A DNA stretch of 43,386 nucleotides, taken from a virus. Under the pieces are notes generated by a model that did no database searches, was not told the DNA's origin, and was given only the letters and a program-made list of their open reading frames with translations. The stretch spans positions 1-43,386 of the IMG/VR virus record IMGVR_UViG_3300045988_088603; one strand, 5' to 3'. Every line of letters begins with the position of its first letter. The stretch's first letter is position 1. This document shows, piece by piece, positions 27,354-37,412 of the stretch. Made by a program: the position numbers and the translations under genes.

Positions 27354-27770
27354 TTAATCTTTTAGATTTTCACTAACTATTTGAGAAATTCTGCCTTTTG
27401 TATACCCCAATTGTTCTCCAACTTCCTGTTGTGTCATGCCATTTATGTAAATGAGTTCAAAAATCTGTCTTGCATTGCTATCAGGAATCAAGCTGATAAA
27501 CTCTTCAATCTCTGTCAGAAGTTCATCCACCTGTTCCTGTCTCTTTCCGTTGATCATCATCTGCCGATAGATCACATCTGTTTGTTTCGGCTCTGACATC
27601 ACAACACTCATGTGCGTTTCGATATAGGGGAACGTGTTCATGGATCCTTTTACTTTTCCAGTAACTGTCGGAATCCTCTCTGCTCTCTCATTCAGTTTCT
27701 CCATTTTGTCTTCCAGCATCTTCTGCTCCCTCTTCAGAGATCGATACTGTCTTAGTTTTTTCTTATCCAT
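27354..27770 (-). CDS. Late-gene transcriptional activator, sigma-70 region-4-like HTH (RinA/ArpU/DUF1492-like)
   Basis: 138 aa. The C-terminus is ARQIFELIYINGMTQQEVGEQLGYTKGRISQIVSENL. The gene sits between the replication and packaging modules. Confidence 0.7.
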   Translation of the reverse strand: MDKKKLRQYRSLKREQKMLEDKMEKLNERAERIPTVTGKVKGSMNTFPYIETHMSVVMSEPKQTDVIYRQMMINGKRQEQVDELLTEIEEFISLIPDSNARQIFELIYINGMTQQEVGEQLGYTKGRISQIVSENLKD

Positions 27771-27805
27771 GCCTTGCCTCCTGTCACCTATGTTGCATCA
27801 GCATC

Positions 27806-28000
27806 CTAAACATCTCCCCAGTGTTTCACGCAATGCCTATGTACAAAACAATCTGTCCTTCTCTTTGTTCTGGACCACTCTGTCTCATCGTCCTCCGGAT
27901 CCATCGCTTCGCCGCAGACTACACAGCAGGGACGAGCCCCACCGTGTTTCTCTCTGGTCTTCTTGTATGCATTCATTGCTGTCCTGTTATTTTTGATCAT
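27806..28000 (-). CDS. Small Cys/His-rich hypothetical protein
   Basis: 64 aa with CCVVC...CFVHRHC. It is coupled by an ATGA overlap to the upstream ORF. Confidence 0.55.
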   Translation of the reverse strand: MIKNNRTAMNAYKKTREKHGGARPCCVVCGEAMDPEDDETEWSRTKRRTDCFVHRHCVKHWGDV

Positions 28001-28185
28001 TGTCTTTCTCCCCCCCCTGCATCATAGATCTCACATGAGATCACCTTATTGCCAACTCCATTATCCACAACTTCGAAATCGACATCGTATCCGACCTCAG
28101 CCAGATGATCGATGATCCCAAAGTCATTGCCATTATCCTGCGAATGAATATAGACCCTCGCAAGTTTCTGTCTGATCTGTGCCAT
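27997..28185 (-). CDS. Hypothetical protein
   Basis: 62-aa ORF in the operon, with coding-like composition. Confidence 0.5.
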   Translation of the reverse strand: MAQIRQKLARVYIHSQDNGNDFGIIDHLAEVGYDVDFEVVDNGVGNKVISCEIYDAGGGERQ

Positions 28186-28209
28186 AATTAATTCACTCCT
28201 TAACTTTCC

Positions 28210-28593
28210 TTAACGATTTTCTCTGATCGTAAGCTCAATGCCAGTCTCATCTCTGGTTGCCTCCAGGATGTCTGCCCATGTAACTAATCCGTCATTCATA
28301 CATTCTGTTTTTAAGTTAAATCTGGCTTTGAACTGATCCAGCCGTTTCTTGCCAAAACCAAACTCATCTCTTAGCACCATGATGCTCATAGCAAGAACGG
28401 TATCCAGGATCTGCTCTTTGATCTTCTGTGCCGCTTTATCCATTTCTCTATGATCGACAGGAACCTTGATCCCTGTAACTCTCCGGCGTTTCATTTCTCT
28501 CTCTAAGGCTTCTGCTCCGCCTTCTCTCACAATGCGTAAAGCAAGTTCCAATCCTTCGGTCCTGCCTTCCATCTTTGCATCAATCTTTCCCAT
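28210..28593 (-). CDS. Hypothetical protein (replication-module associated)
   Basis: 127-aa ORF overlapping the SNF2 stop. Confidence 0.65.
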   Translation of the reverse strand: MGKIDAKMEGRTEGLELALRIVREGGAEALEREMKRRRVTGIKVPVDHREMDKAAQKIKEQILDTVLAMSIMVLRDEFGFGKKRLDQFKARFNLKTECMNDGLVTWADILEATRDETGIELTIRENR

Positions 28594-29968
28594 CGCTCTC
28601 TCCTTTCACGCTCTTGATCCTTGCCTTTAAGGCATCCAAAAATGAATCCTGTGTAACTTCTTTTGCTTCCAGTGCATCCATGACGTTCTCATCATATCCG
28701 CCGGCAGTAACCAGATGATGGATCACAACATTCTCTTTCTGGCCCTGCCGGTACAGTCTGGCATTTGCCTGCTGATATAGCTCTAATGACCAGTTAAGTC
28801 CAAACCAGACAATGATGTGCCCACCTGCCTGAAGGTTTAATCCGTATGCTGCACTTGCCGGATGTGCAAGCAGGATATCCATCTGCCCATTGTTCCAGGC
28901 TGTGATGCTGTCCGGATTCTTTAACTCTCCGATCCGAAGCCTGCTCTTTTTCAAAGCCTTCTGGATCCGTGCCTTGTCATGCTTAAAGTTATAAAACACT
29001 AAAATTCCTTTTCCAGCATTTGCATCGATGATCTCTTTTAAGGCTTCGATTTTCTCATCATGCACCTCATGGTATATACCGTCTGCATCATAGACAGCTC
29101 CGTTGCAAAGCTGCAAAAGTTTATTACTTAAAGCCGCTGCACTTGTAACGTCAATAGTCTCTCCATCGATATCCGCAATCATCGTCTTCTCCAATTCTTC
29201 ATACTGCTTCTTTGCTTTATCCGGAAGTTTGATATGACGGACATTATCGATCCGTTCTGGTAATTCCAGATAATCCTCTGCTTTCATGGAGATACAGATA
29301 TCTTTGATCCGTTCATTGATCTCTTCGTCTGCCCATGTCCTCGGGTTGTACTCATAGATCACATTTCCGTTTCTTGCTCCTGGTGTGAAGTAATTATCAC
29401 GGTATCCGGTTAGTGTCTTTCCTAGCCGTTCTCCTTCATCCAGGAGATAGATCTGTGCCCACAGGTCTTCCAGTCCGTTCGGAGTCGGTGTTCCTGTAAG
29501 CCCTACGATCCGGTGGATGTGACTCCTGACACTTTTTAATTTTCGGAATCGTTTTGCTTTGTTGGACTTAAAGCTCGACAACTCATCAATGATCACCATG
29601 TCAAACGGCCAGTCATTTTTGTAATAATCAACCAACCACGAGACATTGTCTCTTGATAACACCCAGATATCGCCGGGTGTGTTGATCGCTCTGATCCGCT
29701 GTTTGATACTTCCAAGGACTGGGATCACCCGAAGCATCTTTAAGTGATCCCATTTCTGTGATTCTCTTGTCCATGTATCTTCTGCAACTTTCTTCGGCGC
29801 GATGACAAGAACTTTCCGGACTGCAAACCGATTGAATCTCAGATCATTGACTGCTGTCAGTGTGATCACTGTCTTTCCAAGTCCCATGTCAAGAAACAAT
29901 CCTAAGACCGGATCCGTGATCATGCGGTTAATGCAGTATCGCTGATAATTGTGTGGTACAAATCTCAT
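28580..29968 (-). CDS. SNF2-family helicase/ATPase
   Basis: 462 aa. Motif I is LDMGLGKT, motif II is VIIDELSSF, and the C-terminal helicase motifs are QANARLYRQGQ. Confidence 0.9.
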   Translation of the reverse strand: MRFVPHNYQRYCINRMITDPVLGLFLDMGLGKTVITLTAVNDLRFNRFAVRKVLVIAPKKVAEDTWTRESQKWDHLKMLRVIPVLGSIKQRIRAINTPGDIWVLSRDNVSWLVDYYKNDWPFDMVIIDELSSFKSNKAKRFRKLKSVRSHIHRIVGLTGTPTPNGLEDLWAQIYLLDEGERLGKTLTGYRDNYFTPGARNGNVIYEYNPRTWADEEINERIKDICISMKAEDYLELPERIDNVRHIKLPDKAKKQYEELEKTMIADIDGETIDVTSAAALSNKLLQLCNGAVYDADGIYHEVHDEKIEALKEIIDANAGKGILVFYNFKHDKARIQKALKKSRLRIGELKNPDSITAWNNGQMDILLAHPASAAYGLNLQAGGHIIVWFGLNWSLELYQQANARLYRQGQKENVVIHHLVTAGGYDENVMDALEAKEVTQDSFLDALKARIKSVKGESDGKD

Positions 29969-30300
29969 ATCATGCCTCTCTGTTCTAACTCTGCGATCTT
30001 GTCCAAGGCCTTACCTGGATTCCATGCTTCGATCTCCCAGATCACTCGGTCAATATCTTTTTTATTATCAAGAACGGTTGCATAACATCCTGTCGCCAAG
30101 ATCTTACGGATCTGAACTTTCTGAAGCGGTGTTGTTTTTTCTCCTGGTCGTTTCAATTCTACGAATCCGGATTTTCCACCCTGAAGGACTACAACCCTGT
30201 CTGGTACTCCAGCATTGCCCGGGGACACAAACTTATACGCCATACCGCCGACCTCTTTTACTTCATCCCTGAACTTGGATTCTATACTGCTTTCTCTCAT
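29965..30300 (-). CDS. VRR-NUC domain nuclease
   Basis: 111 aa. GVPDRVVVLQGGKSGFVELKRPGEKTTPLQ matches the PD...ExK VRR-NUC pattern. Confidence 0.8.
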   Translation of the reverse strand: MRESSIESKFRDEVKEVGGMAYKFVSPGNAGVPDRVVVLQGGKSGFVELKRPGEKTTPLQKVQIRKILATGCYATVLDNKKDIDRVIWEIEAWNPGKALDKIAELEQRGMI

Positions 30301-30316
30301 ATCATTCTCCTTTGCT

Positions 30317-30561
30317 GTTAACGTGTTTACATATTGCCCTTATATATATACGCGTGTATGTATGCACATGGGGTACGTTATACTATTACCCTTTATATTT
30401 TATTTTTAAAGAACTTAATGTTAACATTGTTAACAATAGCTACAGCCATTGAATTTACTGGGTTTTTGGTGTTAACTTTGAATGTTTACACAATGTTATC
30501 TTTGTTAACAGCCATATTTTTTGAATGTTAACAACTGTTTGTCTTTTTACCCTTTGTTAAC
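30317..30561. repeat. Iteron cluster: seven TGTTAAC(A) copies plus a 30-bp alternating pyrimidine-purine tract (putative replication origin or operator array)
   Basis: GTTAAC occurs at 30317, 30420, 30429, 30471, 30504, 30527 and 30556, each preceded by T. GTTTAC variants lie near 30324 and 30484. Positions 30341-30370 alternate Py-Pu perfectly. Confidence 0.6.
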
Positions 30562-32961
30562 ACGGATATACCCTCTTTGCGATCCGTACGGACCAACTCT
30601 TACAAGTTGTCTTCTTTCCCAACCTTGCATACAATTTAAGATTCCATTGATTTCTATAATATCGTGTCTTTTCATCTGCTTTAGATCCCCTCCGAAGCAC
30701 TCACACCATACTTCAGCCGCACATATTCGGTCCCTTTCTACTAAGTTGCTCTCATCTTTTACTTGAAATTCGCTATTGAAAAAGGACTTTCTCTGCGCAA
30801 CACTCTTCTGTGCCCAGTCTGTTGGAATCTTCTTCTCCAGGAACTCTCTGATCACACCTTCTTTTGGAGATGCTTCTCTGTAAGTTTCCTGCTTCTCTTG
30901 TGCCACTCTGGCAACATCTCCAGACATATACAGCGGCTCTCCTAACATCCATCTTGCAGCCGCTTCTGCCCATACCTGATCGACTTCTGCCGGCAGTTCC
31001 TGAAAGATGTTCTTCTTTGGTTTCTGTTTTCCAAGTCCAACCGGCCAGAACCTTCGGTTTCCCGTTCTGTCCTTTAAAAACTCTTTATCGTTCGTAGTTC
31101 CTACGATGATACAGTTTCGTGGGAAATTTGCAGTCCTGCGTCCATATGGCATACGATAAACGTCCTCTTTCTTACTTAAGAACTGCTTGACTGCATTCAT
31201 CTCTGATCTGTTAAATCCAGTTAACTCTCCAGCTTCAATGATCCAGTAGCCCTGCACCATCTCCGCTGCATCTTTCCCTTCAAAGGTACTCATTGAATCG
31301 GAATACCAGTCTTTGCCCAACATTGAAAAGAACGTACTCTTTCCAACGCCCTGCGCTCCCGACAGGATCAGCATATAATCAAACTTACATCCTGGATGCA
31401 TGGCTCTGGCAACCGCAGCGCACAAAGTCTTTCTTGTTGCCGCACGTACATATTCAGAATCTTCTGCTCCGAAATAATCGATCAATAGCGTATCTAATCG
31501 TCTGACCCCATCCCAGTTAAGGCTTGTAAGGTATTCTCGGATCTTATGTCTTTTATGTCGATTTGCATAGATCGCCATGCCGTCTAATATCTTCTTTTCT
31601 CCTGTGATCCCGTAAGTCTTCTCCATGTAATGTCTTAATCCGGCATCATCTTCATCGGTCCATGCGCGATCCTTATAAGGGAACTCCGGATGAAATTCCC
31701 ACGGCATCGGCCTGCAAACAGTTGCTCTGTTCGCAAATTCATCATGATATAATCGGTCCTTTAAGTTTGGATCGTTCTCCAGAATGATCAACACGTTATC
31801 GATCGTCTTATTCGGCATTCCTGTCTGTGAACTGCAGCTTAACTTTTCCATCCAGTCAAGATCTTCTTTTGATATATCCTGTGAAAATTCGGACTGTGCG
31901 CGTTCATATCGTTCTGCAGTAATGACTTTTGCAACATTTGGCTGTTCCATCGCAAACTCACACATTGCAGAAAAGGATGGAAGCCTTGTGATCGGCGTTC
32001 CTTCCTTTGATCCATAATCAAGTTCATAAAACTTATGGATCCGGACCAGATCAAATGCATTGCATAATCTTCCACCTGCAGGATCTGTGGCATGATGGCT
32101 GTATAAGAATAATCCATCCTCATATAACACGGCTCCGCCAACTGTCGAACCCTCTGTATAGGTATAGCGGCCCGGATGCATATCACATGGCTCATAGATA
32201 CCACCTAAGAACGCATCCATTGCCTGCTCTACTGTATAGGTCTTACAAAATGCACCGACGATTCCTTTCTTTTCTAATGGATTTCCCTGTTTTTTGATAC
32301 TGCGGTCACGGAGCTTTACCGCTCCTGGCACTTCCGGCCACTGTGTGATATCTCTCCAGTTATCATATGTTGCAAGCATTCCGTCTTTACTTAAAAACGG
32401 CTTGTCTGCATAGCAGAATCGATACTGACTGTCCTTACTGCAGCTTGGCCAGTACATCAATCGGACTGTTTCGAAAGTTGTCGGGTCAAAGATGCCCATT
32501 CCGATATACTCCGCGGCACGTCTTGCAATCGGCTCATATTCATCCGGAGAAGCAGGCTGATCCAGTGGCAGAATGATTCGAAGTCGCGGTGCTGCTTCTT
32601 CATGCTTCCTGGTACTGTAGACCACATAAGAACAACCAAGGTTTTCTAAGATGCCGATCACCTCATCAGTTCCACCCGGTTTTATATGGTCGGCATCAAG
32701 TGTGATCAGATAGCGATAACCGGCATTTTCATTTCTTCTCTGTTCTCCGGAAAGTTCGCCACCGACAAAACCGCCGACGTCCTTGATCTCATCCTGCTTT
32801 GCTTTGCGGTAACCCATATACTCTGCCAGAGTTTCTTCTGTCCTGATCGGATGTTCAAGCTTCTCTACAAAATCAGACCAGTACATCTCCTGTTTCAGCC
32901 AGGTCTTTGATCTTCGGCTGCTTCCCGTTGATATTTTAATTTTTAAGTCATTCTGAAACAT
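30547..32961 (-). CDS. Primase/helicase of the VirE (virulence-associated protein E) P-loop family
   Basis: Walker A is LSGAQGVGKST. It has a large N-terminal primase-polymerase-like region. The start at 32961 (MFQND) has SD AGGAGG 6 nt upstream and follows the polymerase stop; the ORF-track start is 33006. Confidence 0.85.
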   Translation of the reverse strand: MFQNDLKIKISTGSSRRSKTWLKQEMYWSDFVEKLEHPIRTEETLAEYMGYRKAKQDEIKDVGGFVGGELSGEQRRNENAGYRYLITLDADHIKPGGTDEVIGILENLGCSYVVYSTRKHEEAAPRLRIILPLDQPASPDEYEPIARRAAEYIGMGIFDPTTFETVRLMYWPSCSKDSQYRFCYADKPFLSKDGMLATYDNWRDITQWPEVPGAVKLRDRSIKKQGNPLEKKGIVGAFCKTYTVEQAMDAFLGGIYEPCDMHPGRYTYTEGSTVGGAVLYEDGLFLYSHHATDPAGGRLCNAFDLVRIHKFYELDYGSKEGTPITRLPSFSAMCEFAMEQPNVAKVITAERYERAQSEFSQDISKEDLDWMEKLSCSSQTGMPNKTIDNVLIILENDPNLKDRLYHDEFANRATVCRPMPWEFHPEFPYKDRAWTDEDDAGLRHYMEKTYGITGEKKILDGMAIYANRHKRHKIREYLTSLNWDGVRRLDTLLIDYFGAEDSEYVRAATRKTLCAAVARAMHPGCKFDYMLILSGAQGVGKSTFFSMLGKDWYSDSMSTFEGKDAAEMVQGYWIIEAGELTGFNRSEMNAVKQFLSKKEDVYRMPYGRRTANFPRNCIIVGTTNDKEFLKDRTGNRRFWPVGLGKQKPKKNIFQELPAEVDQVWAEAAARWMLGEPLYMSGDVARVAQEKQETYREASPKEGVIREFLEKKIPTDWAQKSVAQRKSFFNSEFQVKDESNLVERDRICAAEVWCECFGGDLKQMKRHDIIEINGILNCMQGWERRQLVRVGPYGSQRGYIRVNKG

Positions 32962-32971
32962 GCCGTTCCTC

Positions 32972-34951
32972 CTACTCTTTCTTATAGAAATCTCCTGTAA
33001 ATCCATCTGCGTTTAACGGCAGCCCTTCTGCCCACTCCGGAGCCCTGCACATCAGATCGATGGCTTTCTCCAGTGTCAGATCAGAACCTTTTGGCACTTC
33101 TGCTATGATCTCATCGTGGATATGAAAGTTGATGAGATAACCACCGAATAACATATTTCGGATCGCATTCGCCAGCAGATCTCTTGCCACTGCCTGTACA
33201 ATATTCTCGACTAGTTTCCCACCGTACGTTTCAAGTCTCTGCCATTTTTTCGTTCCATCGATGCCCATGTATGTGATACTCTTATTTCCCCATGCATTCT
33301 CTCCGATTTGCGGGTCTGGATAAAATAAGCATCGTCCGGAAGGAAGTTTGATCATAAAATAATCTGCATCTCTCATAAACGTGATCCCATGCTGGATCTG
33401 GTTTGTTGTTCCGAGTGTTACCGTCTCGATTGCACAATTCTCTACCGTATACCAGAAATCCTGAATCCGTTTGTTCGCTGTCCTCCATCGGTGTACGATA
33501 TCCGGAAGTTCTTCTTCCGTAAGTCCCATCCTTAATGCTCCCATCTGGATCAATGCTCCGGTACCACCTTGGTATCCGAGAGCTAATTCTGCGACCTTTC
33601 CTTTTGCCCTGAGTGCATATTCCGGATTTCCTTTTTTGATCTTCTTGATCGGTACGTTAAACATACTGGATGCCGAAGCCTCGTAAATCTTGCCGTGGGT
33701 ACGGAAGACTTCCAGTCTCCAATCCTCTCCGGCTAACCAGCTGATCACTCTCGCTTCGATCGCTGAAAAATCCGCAACCACAAACTCATATCCTTCTCTC
33801 GGAACAAATGCCGTCCGGATCAGCTGTGAGATCGTATCTGGCAAGCTGCCATAAGTCAGTTCCAGCATCGCTGCATTTTCCTGTTTTACCAGGTTCCTTG
33901 CCAGTGGCAACTCCGGGATATAGTTTCTCGGAAGGTTCTGAACCTGTACCAGACGTCCTGCCCATCTTCCTGTCCTGTTTGCACCATAAAACTGTAATAA
34001 TCCACGGACTCTTCCATCCTTGCAGACCGCGTTTTCCATAGCTGTGTATTTCTTCACGGAACTCTTGGCCATCTCTTTACGTTTCTTCAGAACATAATAA
34101 ACTGCAGGGTTTGCTTTTATCTGTGGGGCTTCTAACAGTTCGTTCACTGCTTCTTTCCCTAACTTATCAATATCTTTCCCGAGTTGATCAGATAACCACT
34201 GTTTTAACTGGGCAACACTGTTCGGATTATCGATTCCAGAAACACGCCGGATATCATCTCCAAGCTTTAATGCTGCCTGATCACTTAATTCCAATGCCCC
34301 ATTAATCAGTGCAAGGTCCACCTGAGTCCCCTGTTGATTAATAGTCTGGTCATAATGCCAGTTAGTCCATTCCTGCGTTGGAACCGGATAATCCTTTAGA
34401 TGATCCTCGATCGCACGTTCCACTTCCACATCTTGTTTGCAGTATTCTTTAAACAGGTTCCATTTCTCTATATCATGTTCAGGAAAGTTTCTTGTGCGTC
34501 CGCCGTTTCTCTTTGTAGGCTTGCATGGTACACAAAAATAACGGATCAGTGCTTTTCCAACTGCCATCTTTTGCTTCTCCTGTGGAAATCCCATTGCTTT
34601 CCCAACTCCTGCAAGGGATGCCGGATACCCACAGTAAAGAGAATGGATCATCGTACACTGCCACTGATCCGGCCAGATCTCATAGAACTGACTTAATGCA
34701 TTAATCTCAAAGTTTGCGTTATGAGCCATCTTGATCGTTGCCGGTGCTTTCAGATCATTGATCACGTTTTCTGGAAGTTTCTCCCCCTGTGCAAGATCTA
34801 TGATCTCAACAGGTCCGTCATCGTAAGCGTAAGCAAACAGCAGAATCTGAAAGTCCGGAGACTGCACGTACTTGTACAGCCCGGACTTTGCAATGTCTAC
34901 ACTACTATAAGTCTCGATATCGATATGCAGGATGTTCTTGCGCGGGATCAT
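32972..34951 (-). CDS. Family-A DNA polymerase with 3'-5' exonuclease domain
   Basis: Exo I is HIDIETYS. Motif B is RAKGKVAELALGYQGG. Motif C is HIHDEIIAEV. Confidence 0.9.
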   Translation of the reverse strand: MIPRKNILHIDIETYSSVDIAKSGLYKYVQSPDFQILLFAYAYDDGPVEIIDLAQGEKLPENVINDLKAPATIKMAHNANFEINALSQFYEIWPDQWQCTMIHSLYCGYPASLAGVGKAMGFPQEKQKMAVGKALIRYFCVPCKPTKRNGGRTRNFPEHDIEKWNLFKEYCKQDVEVERAIEDHLKDYPVPTQEWTNWHYDQTINQQGTQVDLALINGALELSDQAALKLGDDIRRVSGIDNPNSVAQLKQWLSDQLGKDIDKLGKEAVNELLEAPQIKANPAVYYVLKKRKEMAKSSVKKYTAMENAVCKDGRVRGLLQFYGANRTGRWAGRLVQVQNLPRNYIPELPLARNLVKQENAAMLELTYGSLPDTISQLIRTAFVPREGYEFVVADFSAIEARVISWLAGEDWRLEVFRTHGKIYEASASSMFNVPIKKIKKGNPEYALRAKGKVAELALGYQGGTGALIQMGALRMGLTEEELPDIVHRWRTANKRIQDFWYTVENCAIETVTLGTTNQIQHGITFMRDADYFMIKLPSGRCLFYPDPQIGENAWGNKSITYMGIDGTKKWQRLETYGGKLVENIVQAVARDLLANAIRNMLFGGYLINFHIHDEIIAEVPKGSDLTLEKAIDLMCRAPEWAEGLPLNADGFTGDFYKKE

Positions 34952-35616
34952 AATCCCATAACTCCGCTGCCATTGATCGGAGCCCCCGTGATCGGATTAA
35001 TTCCAGTGACAGGATTCACACTCTGCTGTGTAGCTGCAGCCTGTGTGTTCATCTGCGGAACTGCTGCGTTCTGGACATTTGCCTGTGGCATTGGTCCAAA
35101 GTCTTCCGCTGCTGTTGTTCTTCCTGTTAATGGATCTCCTTCTCTGGTTTTCTGGACATTGTTCAGTCCGCATCCAACACCTCTATTTCCATTTGTGTTA
35201 TATGGGAAAAAGTTTAAAGAAACTCTTCCATAGCATCCGGCATATACTTCTGCTGGATTTAAGATTGCCTGACAGTTTGCATCGACGACTTCTGGTCTCT
35301 GTTTACTGGATGCCGTCATAACCATATGTCCTTTACACTCTTCTCCAAATGGCTCTCCGTTCGGTCTTGCACCATCTCCATCATGCATCGGATTCTTCAA
35401 CATTGCCGGCATCTGCCCGTTGAATTTTGTAGAGACACCTTCCTGTGCTGCAGCCTGCATTGCTGCTTGAATCGCATTGATCGTTACTGTGTCTGTCTTA
35501 GGAATCAGGATCGTCACAGAATATTTTTCTTCCTGTCCCGGATTGTTTGCATGTGGCTGAAATACGTGTGGAAATGAAAATCTTACTTCACCTGTTGTTA
35601 CTTTTGTATTACTCAT
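34948..35616 (-). CDS. DUF2815 family protein (SSB-like)
   Basis: The N-terminus TTGEVRFSFPHVFQPHA, the Q/N/A-rich tail and synteny with DUF2800 and PolA support the call. Confidence 0.75.
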   Translation of the reverse strand: MSNTKVTTGEVRFSFPHVFQPHANNPGQEEKYSVTILIPKTDTVTINAIQAAMQAAAQEGVSTKFNGQMPAMLKNPMHDGDGARPNGEPFGEECKGHMVMTASSKQRPEVVDANCQAILNPAEVYAGCYGRVSLNFFPYNTNGNRGVGCGLNNVQKTREGDPLTGRTTAAEDFGPMPQANVQNAAVPQMNTQAAATQQSVNPVTGINPITGAPINGSGVMGL

Positions 35617-35631
35617 AATTTTTTACTCCTT

Positions 35632-36780
35632 TTATTTAAAATCTTCTGCTGCTGTTGTTTTCGGGTTATAGACCGGACGTTTATCAGATTCCGATGCAAG
35701 CGTTGGCTTCCCATTTGGCTTTTGGATGAACTCCCCGCAGATCGTCTGGAAGTCTTTCTTTCCGACCATCTTTTCAAGATCTGTCAGGGTAAGCTGTGCC
35801 CTTTCATACAGAGTTTCTTTTGGATATCCATTCTGTTCCAGAACATCCGCCATCTTCTCATAATCTGTGATCATACGATTACTTCTGCCTTCAACGATCT
35901 TCCATCCTGGGATCTCTCCGCCATCGATCAGTTTTGTCTGCGCATAGGACTTTAATTTTTTATGCCATGCAACCAACTGTTCTGCTTTTGCAAGGGCTTC
36001 TCCCACCTCTTCGTCTGAAAGCTCCGGTGGAAGTTTTGTTTCATAGGTTTCCAGAAGTTCCAGATTGTCATAAGCTCTTTGTCTGCAATTTAAGACTTTG
36101 CAGAATCTGCAGTGTTCTCCAGAATGAAACTCCCCTTCTCCTTTGTAAGCTAATTCAGCTTTCGGTTTGACTACGACTTTGCCCCATGTTGTCAACTCTC
36201 GTTTGTTCGTTTTCCATGTCGAAAAGTTATTGAGTCTTGGCTGCACGATATGAAAAAAAATGTCCTCGATCGGATATAAAAACCCATAAGCTTTTAAGGC
36301 TCCTAACGCATACAATCCCATCTGCGGATTCCCACCTGCATTTACTGGAACACCTTTTCCATATTTAAAATCGATCACATGCATGACCGTACCGCAGATC
36401 AGGATGCAGTCTGCAGTACCGAATCCATCCGGCACGTACTCGTCAAACTCAACTCTTTTTTCCACCGCCATATATGGTTTTTCAGGAAGACTGTTGCTAA
36501 GTGTTTCCACATAATCAACATACTGATCTGTGAATCCCTGCATCTCTTCCTGATACATCTCATTCTTTTTAATCTTGTTCATTCTTCTGGTATAAGTTCC
36601 AGTCTTTAAAGAATCTGCTGTCAGTTTTAACTCACAGATTTCATGTGCCAGAGTTCCTTCTTTGGCATAAGAACTCTCTGTATCTGGAAGCTCATCACAC
36701 AATTTTGCGGAAGGAGTACAGTGAATCCACTGCACCGCTCCGCTTGCTGATAACAAAGCATGTTTTCTTTTCTTGGCCAT
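35632..36780 (-). CDS. DUF2800 / PD-(D/E)XK Cas4-RecB-like nuclease
   Basis: The nuclease core is GTADCILI...IDFKYGKG. The C-terminal Cys cluster is HCRFCKVLNCRQRA. Confidence 0.8.
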   Translation of the reverse strand: MAKKRKHALLSASGAVQWIHCTPSAKLCDELPDTESSYAKEGTLAHEICELKLTADSLKTGTYTRRMNKIKKNEMYQEEMQGFTDQYVDYVETLSNSLPEKPYMAVEKRVEFDEYVPDGFGTADCILICGTVMHVIDFKYGKGVPVNAGGNPQMGLYALGALKAYGFLYPIEDIFFHIVQPRLNNFSTWKTNKRELTTWGKVVVKPKAELAYKGEGEFHSGEHCRFCKVLNCRQRAYDNLELLETYETKLPPELSDEEVGEALAKAEQLVAWHKKLKSYAQTKLIDGGEIPGWKIVEGRSNRMITDYEKMADVLEQNGYPKETLYERAQLTLTDLEKMVGKKDFQTICGEFIQKPNGKPTLASESDKRPVYNPKTTAAEDFK

Positions 36781-36781
36781 C

Positions 36782-37228
36782 TTAGATCACCGCCCCAATC
36801 GCTTTGATCGCAGATGCAAACTCCCCATACTTCTCCTGTGGCAGGTCCATTAATGTCTGTGCACCCAAGGATGCCAGCGTATTCTGTACATCCTGCATCT
36901 TTCCGGCATCGATCAGACCTGTCGCTGCGACTGCCAACTGCTCCATCGAATATGTAGGCGTAGCTGTGGCTGTTGGCACTGGGTTAACCGCAGATGCTGC
37001 ATTTTGTGCCACGGGCGCTGCTGGTACAGGCTGTACTGGTGGCGTGCTTGGTACAGTTGTAGCTGCTGGCGCAACTGTTTCCGTTGGTACAACTGTCTGC
37101 TGCACTACGGGTGCTACCTTTGCTGCATCCATCTGTGTTTCCTCTTTGCTGTTCCCTGCTGCATTTGCCAGTGCAAAAATGGCATTTGCCAGATTGTCAA
37201 GCCCTGTTACGTTTACTGTGATTTCCAT
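36782..37228 (-). CDS. Hypothetical protein with a P/A/T/V-rich low-complexity linker
   Basis: 148 aa with a strong SD (TAGGAGGA). The plus-strand ORFs opposite are shadows of the biased composition. Confidence 0.65.
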   Translation of the reverse strand: MEITVNVTGLDNLANAIFALANAAGNSKEETQMDAAKVAPVVQQTVVPTETVAPAATTVPSTPPVQPVPAAPVAQNAASAVNPVPTATATPTYSMEQLAVAATGLIDAGKMQDVQNTLASLGAQTLMDLPQEKYGEFASAIKAIGAVI

Positions 37229-37409
37229 TATTAAGTCCTCCTAATTCTTCTTTGTTTAATAGATACCCGATCCCCAAGATTTGAAAGATCAGGTTTGTAT
37301 CAAGATCCTGTCCAGCTTTATGCAGCCGGACAAGAGTTTCAACCCTTTCATAAGATGCAGCTAATTCATCGTATACTTCACGACTGATCAGCAATCTATC
37401 TTCCTTCAT
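37197..37409 (-). CDS. Hypothetical early protein
   Basis: 70-aa ORF in the operon. Confidence 0.5.
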   Translation of the reverse strand: MKEDRLLISREVYDELAASYERVETLVRLHKAGQDLDTNLIFQILGIGYLLNKEELGGLNNGNHSKRNRA

Positions 37410-37412
37410 CGT

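Noticed and set aside
30317-30561. Possibility that the GTTAAC repeat cluster is a CRISPR array
   Set aside because: The repeat unit is only 7-8 bp, spacing is irregular (9-100 bp), and there are no cas genes. It fits iterons or operators, not CRISPR.
36804-37244. Plus-strand ORFs of 146 aa and 76 aa opposite the gene at 36782-37228
   Set aside because: They mirror the P/A/T/V-rich low-complexity region of the minus-strand gene, which has the strong SD and operon context.
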